From Escherichia phage vB-EcoP-XT73: a DNA stretch of 64,000 nt. A model generated the notes under the pieces. That model did no database searches and was not told the origin of the DNA. It saw only the letters and a program-made list of their open reading frames with translations. Shown here piece after piece: positions 40,281 through 51,293 of the stretch. The translations under genes and the position numbers were made by a program. Where the stretch lies: sequence record OR757436.1; one strand, given 5' to 3'. Position 1 is the stretch's first letter, and each line of letters begins with the position of its first letter.

Positions 40281-41342
40281 TTACGCCGCCACTGCCTTTC
40301 CCGCAGCAGTGAACAGAACACCGGAAGCATACGGGTTGCGGTGACGCAGACCAACTTCCATCTCAATCATCCATTTTTCGTAAGAACCATCTTTAGCCAG
40401 TTCAGTACGTTTCGGAGCACGCAGAACCATCTGAGTCCAGTCAGCGCTACGGAAGAAGTAAACTGCATCGGTAGGCATCCAACGGTTAACGATGATTTTG
40501 TAGCTCTGGCCCAGCGGGTCAGTGATGCTGTTAACTTCGTAAATGAACTGCTTGGTGTTTTCAAAGATACGCTTACGTGAACCCTGAGTATTTTCTTGCA
40601 GACCAGCGAAGATCTTAGCATGAGCCGGGTTAATCATGATGATATCTGCTTCAGAACCAGCGGTGTACAGTTGCAGAGTCATATCAAAGATATCTGCTTC
40701 ATCAAAGCCGATGTTAGTAGCCGGGTTAGAAGCGTTCTGTGCAACTTTAACAGTGATTGCACCAGTATCCGGGTCAGCAGGACCATTCTTGGTCTTGTCA
40801 ACAACGCCGCCAGCCAGACCACCGTGAGCACACAGGAACTGGAATGCACCAGTCTTACGAGCTGCATGGGTGTCGTTCTTGCCAATCTGATCTGGGTCAG
40901 CGGCAGAGTTAGTCAGGTATTGGTCAGCCAGAACGTCGGTACGAGCCTGACCAGACAGAAGGATTTTCTCGAGGTCACGCTTGATCTCTTTACCTTTCTT
41001 CTCCAGCTGGTACATCAGTTCGCGACCACGACCGTAGTTAGCGGTGGTGTTAGCAGTGTCAGAAACACGAACAACCTTACGCAGAATCTGAGTAACGTTA
41101 GACTTGATAACAGTCGGTTTCATTTCGCCGTCTTCAGCACGAGAGCCTTCGACGTGTGCGTTATTACCATCAACGCTTGCCAGTGCATCGGTCTGCCAGC
41201 TAAAGATAGTCTGGTTGATAGACTCTTTACCGGTCATGGATACGAACGGGGTATCCTGAGGGGACAGAACAGAAATCCAGTTAGCAAAAGAAAGTTTTTT
41301 ACCATTCTGGTCATACGATACAAATAAAGTTGGATTAGCCAT
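40281..41342 (-). CDS. major capsid protein
   Basis: 353 aa, directly downstream of the scaffold gene. Confidence 0.7.
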   Translation of the reverse strand: MANPTLFVSYDQNGKKLSFANWISVLSPQDTPFVSMTGKESINQTIFSWQTDALASVDGNNAHVEGSRAEDGEMKPTVIKSNVTQILRKVVRVSDTANTTANYGRGRELMYQLEKKGKEIKRDLEKILLSGQARTDVLADQYLTNSAADPDQIGKNDTHAARKTGAFQFLCAHGGLAGGVVDKTKNGPADPDTGAITVKVAQNASNPATNIGFDEADIFDMTLQLYTAGSEADIIMINPAHAKIFAGLQENTQGSRKRIFENTKQFIYEVNSITDPLGQSYKIIVNRWMPTDAVYFFRSADWTQMVLRAPKRTELAKDGSYEKWMIEMEVGLRHRNPYASGVLFTAAGKAVAA

Positions 41343-41383
41343 GTTATGTTAGCTCCTATACTATTAAATAATTAATTTGTCGA

Positions 41384-42469
41384 TTAATCTACGAGGAATT
41401 TGAATGCGTCTTCGTGACTAACGCGACCCTCTGCGAATGCCTTGGCAACCTTAGCGTTGTCTGGCTTATTGGAAGTACGAGACTTTGCAGCATCAGACTT
41501 CACAACCTTGCGTGGAGCACCGGGACGTTTAATCTTAGCCATCACCTGCTGCTTACCTTTATCAAATTGGTATGCTTTATGGAGAGCTAGGAAAATAGAC
41601 GGACGGTTTTCCTTCAATACTTCTTCTTCAGTAGCACCTAAGTCAATTGCATATTGCATTAAGTTTTGATATAAGTTTTCATCCCAATTTGGAATCTCAC
41701 GTTTCAGAATATTAACGCACTCAATACTTTTGGCTTGGAAAGCTTCCTGTTCTTTAGCTGCTGCTTCCTGCTTAACACGCATCTGAGCCTGTTCAAGCTG
41801 GTTACGACGAGCTGTGTACTTCTCTAGGAAACGTTTGTTTTCAACATATGCTTGAGGATCTTCTACTGCAAGCTTGTCCCAATCAAATCCGTTGTAATCT
41901 TCAATTACTCGGTCTGCTTCTAAAGACGCTAATTCTAATACATCCTTCAAACCTACTACACGTTCCTCAAATGCTTCCATGTGACGCTGAAGAGTTGATT
42001 CTCGTTCGGTCATGTCAGCACCAGTAAGATAGCCATTGGAGAGTTCTTCAATAGTCATCTCACGTCCATCAGGAAGGGTGATAACGGTTTCGTAGTCTAC
42101 ATCAAAGACCTCACCATCACCGTCAGCAGAATCATCTTCATACCCTGCATCGCTTGAGTCTTCCTCTTCTGCTTCAGTGTTTTCATCACCTTCATCAGAG
42201 TCATCCCCATCTTCTTCGACTTCGCCTTCCTCATCATGATCTTCCCAACCATCTTCATCTTCGAACTTAAGCTCATCGCTTTCACCGAGAAGGTCGGTAT
42301 CAAAGTCGAAATTGTCACCGATATCTTCCGGGAACTCATCGTCAATGTCCACTTCTGGTTCTTGTTCAGATTCTAATCGACCAAGTTCTTCTTTAAAAGA
42401 ACCTTTCAGGTCATCCAGTTGGAGGAAAGATTTAAAATCGTTCGGGTCAATATAATTATCTTGTGGCAT
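41384..42469 (-). CDS. scaffolding protein
   Basis: 361 aa, very acidic N-terminal half (Asp/Glu runs) and helical C-terminal half, between portal and capsid genes. Confidence 0.6.
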   Translation of the reverse strand: MPQDNYIDPNDFKSFLQLDDLKGSFKEELGRLESEQEPEVDIDDEFPEDIGDNFDFDTDLLGESDELKFEDEDGWEDHDEEGEVEEDGDDSDEGDENTEAEEEDSSDAGYEDDSADGDGEVFDVDYETVITLPDGREMTIEELSNGYLTGADMTERESTLQRHMEAFEERVVGLKDVLELASLEADRVIEDYNGFDWDKLAVEDPQAYVENKRFLEKYTARRNQLEQAQMRVKQEAAAKEQEAFQAKSIECVNILKREIPNWDENLYQNLMQYAIDLGATEEEVLKENRPSIFLALHKAYQFDKGKQQVMAKIKRPGAPRKVVKSDAAKSRTSNKPDNAKVAKAFAEGRVSHEDAFKFLVD

Positions 42470-42705
42470 TATGAAACATCTCCTGCACTATTGATAGCAG
42501 CTTTTATGACCTCTTTTAAGCTACCCACCATTTTATACTTTTGATAACAATCTTCGCGTTTCTTATTCTCATGAGGTTCAGTTTGAACTATCTCTGTCAT
42601 GAGTCTTTCTTTCAATGCCTCTAATGCTGCGTCAAGACTGCCGTTAAGATTGAGAGCCGCCAAAGCGGCGGCGTGCTCTTTATTGAATTGATGCCTAATG
42701 TTCAT
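42469..42705 (-). CDS. hypothetical protein
   Basis: 78-aa ORF between portal and scaffold. Confidence 0.4.
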   Translation of the reverse strand: MNIRHQFNKEHAAALAALNLNGSLDAALEALKERLMTEIVQTEPHENKKREDCYQKYKMVGSLKEVIKAAINSAGDVS

Positions 42706-42714
42706 TCGACGTCC

Positions 42715-44958
42715 TTACTTTTTACTTCCAAGACGTTTGCCTGGAATCCGTGAATCTTTGAGAGAAGCTTGTTGCTCTTTCTTAGTTACATTTGCTTCTT
42801 TCTTCTGGAGTTCCAAAGTTTTATCCTGAACACGAGATTGCTGAACAATCTTCTCTTGGTCAACCTGATGTTCCATAACCATCTGCAATTCTTTCAGTAC
42901 AGACTCATACTGACGGACCTGCTGTTGCATAAGAGCTAACTTGTGCTTAGCTTGTTCCAGAGTTGCATTGTTATCTTCTTTACGGTTTTCCAGAGTCATA
43001 GCATCTGCTGCATTTTCTTGCTTGAACTGCAACTCTTCCTGACGCAGACTTAATTCATCCGCAGCTTTCTGCTGTTCGAATGTAGTACGTTCACGCTGGT
43101 CGAATGCATCAGCAATCATCTTCTGAGAAGAAGCCTGTACGTTCTCAACCTGTGCTTTAGTCATCTCGAGCTGGAGGATTTCCATCGGAGACGGCTCAGG
43201 AGGCTGATACTGTTCCAGAGGCAGTAGGTATTTGTGAGTGTCTTTAATACCCATCAACTCAAAGATCTGTGCAGTCATGTAACGGTCTTGCTCCAAACCG
43301 AAGAGAGGTGCTAACTGTGCATCTGCTGCAATCAGCTGCTTCAAGCTAATCAGTTTCTGTGCACGTTCTGCTTTTTCATTAGGAGAGATAGCTACAACAA
43401 CTTGAAGATTGTGACGAGCTGGTAATTGTTTCGGATTTACCTGAACCATACCACGAGGGGTTTGTACCTCAATAGGAACTTCACCATTTTCTCTGATAAG
43501 GCTATAAATACCACGCATCAATTCAACCATACCATTGTGAGCAATGTTACGACATACCATACGGAGACGGTTCTGTGCAGCATTCATCATCAAGCCTACG
43601 GTTGCATAAGCGTTATCGTTCTTAAACACATCAGGGTTGATACCCATGCCAAGTTTAGTTACACCAGTACGTGTCTCTTTAAGCTCCTCAGACATACCTA
43701 GGAGGCCATCAATACCTTGAGGTAGGTTATGGTATGGGAACAGGTCGATAGCGTCCTGACGTTCCATTTCAACCACTCCACCGGGACGGTTATCAAGCAG
43801 AGAGCGACGATCGTATGCACCAACAAGAGCTTTGTATCGACCATAGTTAGCATTGTTGACGTTATCAATATAACCACGAACTAACGCGGTACGTAAATCC
43901 TGAATATCTTTCGTAATGTCATAGACTGACTGACCATAGAAGGAACCCGGAATCGGATACGGACAGAAGGTTACAAACGGAATGTGAGTTACTTCTTCAG
44001 TGTGAAGGATATGCTCACCAGCTTGAATAACCTGATAGAGTTTAGATTCTTTATTCTTATCTAGAACACCAGTACGGATGTAGTGCTCATAAACCCAAAC
44101 CATAGTAGCGATATCTTCAGTATCTGTGCCAATGTCAGCATCAATGTCCTGACGCCAGTCAGTACGAGACCAAGCAACTGTAGATTGAGTGGTATCCATC
44201 GTGTCTGTCCAGTCATTAAATGCTTCAATCTCATCTTTAGGGAAGCCCATAGCAACCAGATCTTCTTTAGAACGACGTACACGATGACAGAAATATTGTG
44301 CATCTGCAAAAGAGGTAGCATGTTCATCAACAAAGATTTGCTCTGAAGGAACATATTCAACTTTCACACGTTTAACAGTTTGTTCATAAGTAACTTTAAC
44401 ATCTACTGTACCGTCTTCATTTTCTTCAGTGAAGATTTCCAGATTCTTGAGTCCACCAGCTTCTAATCCCTGAACATATGCAGCCAACGCTTCCGGTGGT
44501 ACACCTTCAGCTTCTTCAGTTTGAGTAGAAGTGTGCTCATCCCAATAATACTTGATAAAAGAGTTACGAGTAACTAGACATTCTTGTGCAGCAGAGGAGA
44601 TAATATTGTATCCCGGATTGTCACGCAGAAGAATTTGGTTAACTAGTTTAGTTGCTACATCAGCAGCATCAGAGTCCTGTTGGTTATCAGCTACAAAAGT
44701 AACTGCTTCATCACCAGAACAGAATACGTTAATAATATCTTGCAATGTACCGTTAACGGATTCCCAAACAGTACGATCTACCCAACTAGAGCTGCCAGCA
44801 GTTACTGGTGCAGGTAAGTTACCATAGAAATATTCCCAAGCTTCACGAGCATAGCCCTTAACAGCCATGTCAACGTAACCTTGAGCGTAATTAAAACGAC
44901 GTTGAAGGTCAACACGTAACTCGTCCAACACCTCTTCACTATATTTTTGCTTAGCCAT
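42715..44958 (-). CDS. portal protein
   Basis: 747 aa, immediately downstream of TerL and upstream of scaffold; RBS GGGAGAGAA. Confidence 0.7.
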   Translation of the reverse strand: MAKQKYSEEVLDELRVDLQRRFNYAQGYVDMAVKGYAREAWEYFYGNLPAPVTAGSSSWVDRTVWESVNGTLQDIINVFCSGDEAVTFVADNQQDSDAADVATKLVNQILLRDNPGYNIISSAAQECLVTRNSFIKYYWDEHTSTQTEEAEGVPPEALAAYVQGLEAGGLKNLEIFTEENEDGTVDVKVTYEQTVKRVKVEYVPSEQIFVDEHATSFADAQYFCHRVRRSKEDLVAMGFPKDEIEAFNDWTDTMDTTQSTVAWSRTDWRQDIDADIGTDTEDIATMVWVYEHYIRTGVLDKNKESKLYQVIQAGEHILHTEEVTHIPFVTFCPYPIPGSFYGQSVYDITKDIQDLRTALVRGYIDNVNNANYGRYKALVGAYDRRSLLDNRPGGVVEMERQDAIDLFPYHNLPQGIDGLLGMSEELKETRTGVTKLGMGINPDVFKNDNAYATVGLMMNAAQNRLRMVCRNIAHNGMVELMRGIYSLIRENGEVPIEVQTPRGMVQVNPKQLPARHNLQVVVAISPNEKAERAQKLISLKQLIAADAQLAPLFGLEQDRYMTAQIFELMGIKDTHKYLLPLEQYQPPEPSPMEILQLEMTKAQVENVQASSQKMIADAFDQRERTTFEQQKAADELSLRQEELQFKQENAADAMTLENRKEDNNATLEQAKHKLALMQQQVRQYESVLKELQMVMEHQVDQEKIVQQSRVQDKTLELQKKEANVTKKEQQASLKDSRIPGKRLGSKK

Positions 44959-45184
44959 CTATTCTCTCCCTCGGTTGATAGCTTAAATAAAAGAAGGGAG
45001 GACAAACCTCCCCTCTTGTTTTTCTTTCTAGCTGCACTTAAGGTAGCAAATCACCTGAATTTCTTAACCATAAGACTAAAAGGGAGGTCGTAGCCTACTC
45101 TCCCCAACAAGCCGCCAGAATGCTTGTCCCCTACACTAGAAAGACCAATTTCTGGCCTAAGTCTCTCTAGAAACTCTTAGGATT

Positions 45185-46726
45185 TTAGTAGCTCTGATTC
45201 CATCTGCTTACGTTTGCCTCATACAAAGAAGCGCTTCCGTAGCTAACATCATGCTTAGAGCGACCACGATGTGTAACAGAGCACGCTGAATAGCGCATTG
45301 CATCCATTAAGTCATCATGTTCTTTAATAATCTTACCAACCTTACGGTGATATCTAGCTTTCTCTTCGAATAGCTTAGCGTTAGCGGCTGTGTTAAAGAC
45401 TTTAAAGCGTCCACTCATCATTCTTTCTCGGATATCTGTGATTCCCGGTTCTACAAAGAAGTTCTTTTTACCATCCATTCCAATTTTGTTGTAGAAGGTC
45501 TCACTCTGTACGTTAACTCCTGCATTCTTATAGAATTGAGCAACAGATGAGCCACTACCTTTCTCAGTATTGTCCGCATCATGCGGTAGGATGACAGGAA
45601 TCCACTGACCACGACCATTAATAGCTGGAGCATGATACACTGGAGTAAAGCCACCTTCTTTATATGAGTCGTAAACATAGATAGTATCCGTGTTTGCATC
45701 GTAAGCTGTCCAAACAGCAGCAGTTGGGTGATCAATACCAATATCAATTGCACAGACACGTTTCCACGTATCAGGAATTTCGAATGGTTCACATTTAATT
45801 GTGTCATCCGATACATCATATATCAAACCACTTCCTAACAATGGCATACCTTTTGAACGCATCTCTAACTGCCACGCTGGAATACCTTCAGTCATATCTT
45901 TTATATCTTGGTCAGTGATGTGTCCACCTAGGTCTGCATGAGCATCCCACCAAGAAGCATTCTGGAAATACAGAGAACCTGTGTTCTCATCTCCTTCACC
46001 TTTCATAAATTTATCTACCAGTTCAGTTAAACCGTTCTCTGGTGTAGCTGTAATTGTAACTAGACCTTTAGTTGTGAGTGTACGTGTGACGCACTGTGCG
46101 AATATAGCCATAGACTCGTATGGATCTTCTTCGTCTAACCAAATGTAGTCAACTGTTGCACCCATCAATGTGTGTTCACCCTGTTGGGTTGAACGGAATT
46201 CTAATGTACTTAAACCGTCAAACTCTCCTCTCTCATTTTGATGTTTGATTTGTACGATTTGAAGTTTGTTACCATCTCGTTCTATCGTATCAATGACGAT
46301 AGCATCACGAGGAATGACACCTGTCCCTAATAAATTTGTATCCTTTCCGATAGGTGTACCAAACAATTCCTTTTGCAATACTTTCCTTGTGGAATCCCCT
46401 GTAATACCAACTGCCCATGCTAAGATAGGTCTTTTAAATTTATATCCTGTCCACCAAGTTGGGTAGCGACCTGTGACATGACAAGCAAACTCGTATGCCT
46501 CGCTATAAGATTTACCAACACGGTTCGCTGCACACAAGAATCTAAAGCGATGCTTCAATCCTGCTGCATAAAATTTCTTTTGGAAGTCATACGCCTTGAA
46601 AGACAAAATCTTATTATACTTCCTCCATTGGTCACGCTCTTTCAACATATTCAATAGTGCTTTCTTTTCGTCTACACTAAGGTTGTTACCAGTTAGAGCT
46701 TCATAAATTTGTTTATCTAATGACAT
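45185..46726 (-). CDS. terminase large subunit
   Basis: 513 aa with Walker A-like AANRVGKS and Walker B-like VDYIWLDEED, then a nuclease-type C-terminal half. Confidence 0.8.
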   Translation of the reverse strand: MSLDKQIYEALTGNNLSVDEKKALLNMLKERDQWRKYNKILSFKAYDFQKKFYAAGLKHRFRFLCAANRVGKSYSEAYEFACHVTGRYPTWWTGYKFKRPILAWAVGITGDSTRKVLQKELFGTPIGKDTNLLGTGVIPRDAIVIDTIERDGNKLQIVQIKHQNERGEFDGLSTLEFRSTQQGEHTLMGATVDYIWLDEEDPYESMAIFAQCVTRTLTTKGLVTITATPENGLTELVDKFMKGEGDENTGSLYFQNASWWDAHADLGGHITDQDIKDMTEGIPAWQLEMRSKGMPLLGSGLIYDVSDDTIKCEPFEIPDTWKRVCAIDIGIDHPTAAVWTAYDANTDTIYVYDSYKEGGFTPVYHAPAINGRGQWIPVILPHDADNTEKGSGSSVAQFYKNAGVNVQSETFYNKIGMDGKKNFFVEPGITDIRERMMSGRFKVFNTAANAKLFEEKARYHRKVGKIIKEHDDLMDAMRYSACSVTHRGRSKHDVSYGSASLYEANVSRWNQSY

Positions 46727-46887
46727 ACTTCCTCCAGTTTAAAAATAGAAAAGGGAAAGTCCCTTCGTCAAAGAACCTCCCCTCTCCACTACAAGGGTAC
46801 ACTGCAAAAGAACATCGTGGCAATAAAACTATAACAACCCTCAGATTGCTAATCAGATGATCTTCGACAGCTCCCTGTTTCCTTTAA

Positions 46888-47361
46888 TTAACTCTCGTCC
46901 GCTTCCTCCCCCTTTTCAGCGTCCTCAGAGTTGTCTTCTTCTGGAGGCATAACGTCGATACCAAGTGCTCCAGTCAAGAAGTCCTTGATTTGTGCATTCA
47001 ATGATTCTTCGTTAATTACATTCTCTTCCTCAATCTTAACTTCAACAGAGGCCGCCTTAGGATATACCAGATCTGCAACTTTTGATGCAGCCTTGAATCT
47101 AAGATCAGGTGGAATATTAGGATCTTCGTAAATTTGAATTAACACTTCATCAGGAGACAAATGACTTGCAGCAACACGGTCCAACATTAATTGTGTCAGT
47201 TTACCTCTACTACCTCTGGGTCGTCCGAATTTATTTCCCTTTTGAAACTTCCCATTGCTTGGGTTCATACCACGGCCTTCAAGTTCTTCCGTTACTCCGG
47301 GTAATCTTCCTGTAATCTCAGCTACCTGTGCAGGCGTGAGTTCTCCGTTTTCTCCAAACAT
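46888..47361 (-). CDS. terminase small subunit (candidate)
   Basis: 157 aa with GNKFGRPRGSRG and an acidic C-terminus, directly upstream of TerL. Confidence 0.55.
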   Translation of the reverse strand: MFGENGELTPAQVAEITGRLPGVTEELEGRGMNPSNGKFQKGNKFGRPRGSRGKLTQLMLDRVAASHLSPDEVLIQIYEDPNIPPDLRFKAASKVADLVYPKAASVEVKIEEENVINEESLNAQIKDFLTGALGIDVMPPEEDNSEDAEKGEEADES

Positions 47362-47417
47362 TTTATACTCCTTCTACATTATCAACAACACAAAAAGCCT
47401 CCCAAGGGAGGCAAACA

Positions 47418-48050
47418 TTACTTACAATCACCAACGGACAGGTTAAACATCTTACCTAAAGTAACTATCTCACCCTCCCACGGAAGTTCTACACCCTTCT
47501 CTTCCTCTAAAAGAATAGAGCCGTCGACCAAAAATTTTTCGTAGTCTCGCAGTGCGTCGTCTACTAACTCACTCTTGTGAATCCACGTAATTGTTTCTGT
47601 ACCATCTTCTTCGATTCGAACATCACGATGCCATTCATCTTTAGAGGTAATGTAATCATGGAGCATTTCATATTCAGCTTCTTCAATCATCTCAATCATT
47701 GCACGAGCATAGTCAGGAAGGTGATCATGTTTAGTAGATTCATATTCAACTACTTCCAGAGTAGATGGTTGTGTTTTAGTTTTAGAGTTAGGGCGAGTAG
47801 TATGAATCAAATCTAACATGTTTTTGTTCTCCGTAATATTTGGTTTAAGAATACTTCCACTATACAAATCTTGTACAGCCAGTCCTGAGATGTTTCCCAT
47901 AGTTTCTAAATGTTGTAAGCTACAACCAGAGCGACATAGCTGTGAATTATACTCGTTAAGGTCCATCGCTTGGGTGTGGAAAGGAGAGCCAGAAGGGAAA
48001 CTACCTCCATAAATACCTTCCATGTTACGTGCGATTATTTGATTATTCAT
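47418..48050 (-). CDS. hypothetical protein
   Basis: 210-aa ORF at the head of the minus-strand block. Confidence 0.45.
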   Translation of the reverse strand: MNNQIIARNMEGIYGGSFPSGSPFHTQAMDLNEYNSQLCRSGCSLQHLETMGNISGLAVQDLYSGSILKPNITENKNMLDLIHTTRPNSKTKTQPSTLEVVEYESTKHDHLPDYARAMIEMIEEAEYEMLHDYITSKDEWHRDVRIEEDGTETITWIHKSELVDDALRDYEKFLVDGSILLEEEKGVELPWEGEIVTLGKMFNLSVGDCK

Positions 48051-48297
48051 CTGTCTCTCCCTTGCTGTAATCTTTATACGTTTCTACTTTGTAAGTGCAG
48101 AATGCTCTAAAGAAGAGCCAACCTAAGCTACTCACATCAATGGTAATATCGAAATCTGTTTCATCATCTAGGTCAACAAGACGACCTAAGCATGTAGCTT
48201 CCATCCCATCTTCAGAGTCACTATTGACTACGAAAGCGTATGTCTCCGTTCTGAACCGAGGCACTATCTCTGATAAAAAGTCTAATACTAAATTCAT
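48043..48297 (-). CDS. hypothetical protein
   Basis: 84-aa acidic ORF, first gene of the minus-strand block; RBS AGGAG. Confidence 0.45.
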   Translation of the reverse strand: MNLVLDFLSEIVPRFRTETYAFVVNSDSEDGMEATCLGRLVDLDDETDFDITIDVSSLGWLFFRAFCTYKVETYKDYSKGETDE

Positions 48298-48342
48298 AAC
48301 TCTTCTCCTCTGAATAAGAGTATAAAGGGCTAGTCATATCTA

Positions 48343-49281
48343 ACCCGTAAAGGCCACGTCATCAAAGATGACTACCTCATACTAACAACCCGTGTACTCT
48401 GAAGTAAAGGGCATGTCATAAAGGCACCCTCATGTTAAGGCCATGTCATTAGTCATACTTGATACATCTTGCTATAGAGAAGCAGATGAATAAACAGAAG
48501 ACTATTACTAACCAAAAGATTATTTCCATTAAGACCTATCCACCCACGTACTGAATCTCAACTTACCACATTCCTTACACTTCCATGTTGATAGGTAGAG
48601 ACCGTGTATTCTTTCATCCCCGTAAGCTTTACGAAGAAGGTAGTAATTGTGCTTACACTTCATCCGTCTAAATACTTTAATTAGATTCATTAAGTTCTCT
48701 CTTAAGCTTATATATAACAGTTCAAAATTCTGATTTGACCGAGTGGGGCTAGGCCCTCTGCGGCGAATTGTTAAAAAGGGGGAGTCCTCAAATAAAAAAT
48801 GGTTATTGGCAATGCCTTTACACCTTCTTCCACGTTCCAACCTTTCCCCGTGCCTACTCCCCGTAATTATTTCCCCGTGTATACCATCCTATTCATTACC
48901 TACCCGTTTATTTAGTACCCCTTTACTGAATGGATGAAAGGCTAGCACTGTATAGGCACATTCATAACCAGGATAATAATACCGTATTGTTACCGTTCAG
49001 CTCCCCATAGTTTGATTGTAAATAGTTTCAATAGTGATTGTTATGAGTGCAATAATGATGTATGTATTAATTAAGTGGATAATGGTTGATGTGTGTTATT
49101 GTTTCTTTTAATTACTTTCTTTTTCAGCGTGCATGAGCGTAGCGAATGGTCTTTGATGTTTGAGTTATACAATTATTTAAGTGGTATATTATTACCGCAC
49201 TATCTGGCAATGTTCCCCCGTGGTCTGTCCTGCGGTTGTATGTTCCCCGTCCTATAGAGATAGTAGAAATATTTTACCCGT
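48343..49281. repeat. non-coding region with at least 9 dispersed copies of a (T)(T)CCCCGT(G/A) motif and 3 copies of a CA(T/C)GTCAT motif
   Basis: Copies seen at about 48343, 48388, 48617, 48846, 48859, 48873, 48902, 49216, 49245 and 49276; lies between the divergent minus and plus blocks with no convincing ORF. Confidence 0.6.
48529..48664 (-). CDS. small zinc-ribbon-like protein
   Basis: MKCKHNYYLLRKAYGDERIHGLYLSTWKCKECGKL shares a C-K-H ... C-K-x-C-G pattern with the small ORFs at 58889 and 59062; weak RBS. Confidence 0.3.
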
Positions 49282-49554
49282 AGGACTTGCTTTCTTTATT
49301 AAGAAGTAGTAAATTGTATTCATCGAAGCGAAGCAGTGATGCAAAGTAGCTAGATGGTAGTAAGCTCCATGAAGGATAATCGTCCTAAGTAGTGGAGAAT
49401 GTTTAAAGATAAGGACTCTGCGATTGACTGGTGAAAGCTGGAACACTATCGAGTCAGTGAAGAGGCCAACTGAGCAATGGCCCTACGTATAAAAGAGAAA
49501 TACGTGCTATCTTGTGAAACATGAAACCAAATACACATCAATGAGGATTCACAA

Positions 49555-50046
49555 ATGGCTAAAGTAATGCAGGTAGTTAATCTGGCAAGCTATGTACTGG
49601 TTGCCGCGATCGGTGTTAGTGCACTGGTAACATCTCTTTCTGATAAGGCTATCGCTAGTCCAGCTCCTGCAACTAATGCCGCTGATGTTTTCGCTAGTTC
49701 CATTAATAAAGGTTGGATGATTTGCAACGGTGCGGATAGTGACGGCAATACCATCGCGTTAAAGATGAAATTTAGTAACGTAACAAATGAAGGCGTTCTC
49801 TTTCAATCTAAGACGTTGGATGGTCAGCCTAACAGTGATCTGGTACTCAAGCGTGCTGATAATGATGCGGATATGGTGACGTATGGCACTGTACAACGTT
49901 ACGAAGACGTTAAAGCTGTAACCAACCTAGTGAGTTATGGTCCGGTCAATGAGTCGATGATTGCTACCACTGTTTACAATAACGCTGATAACGCTGTTTA
50001 TACTATTCACGTTAATCTGTCAAATTGTATTAAAGCTAGCAAATGA
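49555..50046 (+). CDS. secreted/periplasmic protein (signal-peptide-like N-terminus)
   Basis: MAKVMQVVNLASYVLVAAIGVSALVTSLS; RBS GAGGA. Confidence 0.5.
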   Translation: MAKVMQVVNLASYVLVAAIGVSALVTSLSDKAIASPAPATNAADVFASSINKGWMICNGADSDGNTIALKMKFSNVTNEGVLFQSKTLDGQPNSDLVLKRADNDADMVTYGTVQRYEDVKAVTNLVSYGPVNESMIATTVYNNADNAVYTIHVNLSNCIKASK

Positions 50047-50150
50047 AAAAATTAATTTGCAATACTAGCTCAACCTTGCTATCTTTAGCTTTCACCGCGA
50101 TTGCTACGGCAATAGCATATTATGTTCTTGTTGTTTTGGGAGTGTAGGTT

Positions 50151-50402
50151 ATGGCTATCAAAGAAGTTAAATTGTCTAACGGTTTTTCCTGTTTCGTCGG
50201 TCGTTCTGAAATCATGTTTAATACACTTGATGGTCAGATAACTTTTCCTATCGTCACTTTTTGCAAGATGGAATATCAGCCTCTTAAGGACTGGTTAGCC
50301 TTTGCTAATTTCGAAATTAACCGCGATGACTTCCGCTCAATCTATATTGACGGTGATTTGACTCTGGCTAACCTGCTTAGTGAAGGATTAATACATGGCT
50401 AA
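50151..50402 (+). CDS. hypothetical protein
   Basis: 83-aa ORF. Confidence 0.4.
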   Translation: MAIKEVKLSNGFSCFVGRSEIMFNTLDGQITFPIVTFCKMEYQPLKDWLAFANFEINRDDFRSIYIDGDLTLANLLSEGLIHG

Positions 50403-50649
50403 AGAGCATAGCTTTACTATCCCGACTTACAATTACGGTGAGATTGATTTCTCATATACGGATAACTCTGACAAGTGTCTAATCTTGTTTGTTGTCGGTG
50501 ACAATATTAATGCGATCGACTTCCCTGCGGTCGCTCTAATCATGGATGGCGTTAAAGCAGGCCATTATCTGGCGCAACGTGGGATTCTTCTGTCGCTGGA
50601 AGAAATCGAACTACTTAGAGTAGCACTATTTAAAGGTAAAGGCAACTAA
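50395..50649 (+). CDS. hypothetical protein
   Basis: 84-aa ORF overlapping the upstream stop. Confidence 0.4.
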   Translation: MAKEHSFTIPTYNYGEIDFSYTDNSDKCLILFVVGDNINAIDFPAVALIMDGVKAGHYLAQRGILLSLEEIELLRVALFKGKGN

Positions 50650-50848
50650 TGATCCATGATTATTTTTGGCGGTGCTTGTTCGTTGTTACAGTGGCGTTAT
50701 TCGTAGCTGATATGCTTTATTCTTACATTCTATAGAGTCCGGTTGTGTTATTTCTGTTTTTGTTTGTCGTTGGCTTCATTTCTTTAAATTATTTATTGAT
50801 TGTTGCCGCTTTCGATATTCTTAAACTCATTACTAAAGGTTAACTATT

Positions 50849-51214
50849 ATGTGGTTTATTAAATTCGTCGTTAAAACGGTTGTAGGCTTTTTTCTGGTTG
50901 TTCTTCTGTTGGGTGTCCTGCTATCAGCTATGGGTAGCGTTAAGGCTGCAACATTTTCCCCTGCTACGGTTGACGGCTTGCAATGTACCTACCTTGTAGA
51001 AAACTATTCGACTGGTAAAAAGTCACCTAAGGTTATTATTTTACATGTAAATGATTTCGAGCATGTACAATCATACGCTAAGACTATTCAGCTAGTGAAT
51101 GAAACCACTGGCAAACAAATCACGGTCGATCACTTGATGCGCTCGTCGTTGACGCTCTTTGACGAGTCTATGAATGAAGTAGAATCCGGTAACGGTCAGT
51201 GTGTAAATCCTTAA
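50849..51214 (+). CDS. membrane-anchored or secreted protein
   Basis: N-terminal hydrophobic stretch VVGFFLVVLLLGVLLSAMGSVKA. Confidence 0.45.
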   Translation: MWFIKFVVKTVVGFFLVVLLLGVLLSAMGSVKAATFSPATVDGLQCTYLVENYSTGKKSPKVIILHVNDFEHVQSYAKTIQLVNETTGKQITVDHLMRSSLTLFDESMNEVESGNGQCVNP

Positions 51215-51293
51215 TCCTTGTGGGCCTGTTCTTTTTGACCATTGTCGGTGCAATGGGCCTTTTCTATGCTGTCATAATGTTAGGAGTTTAAAA

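Noticed and set aside
40596-41327. Plus-strand ORF of 243 aa
   Set aside because: It lies entirely antisense to the major capsid gene within a uniformly minus-strand block, with no RBS or functional motif.
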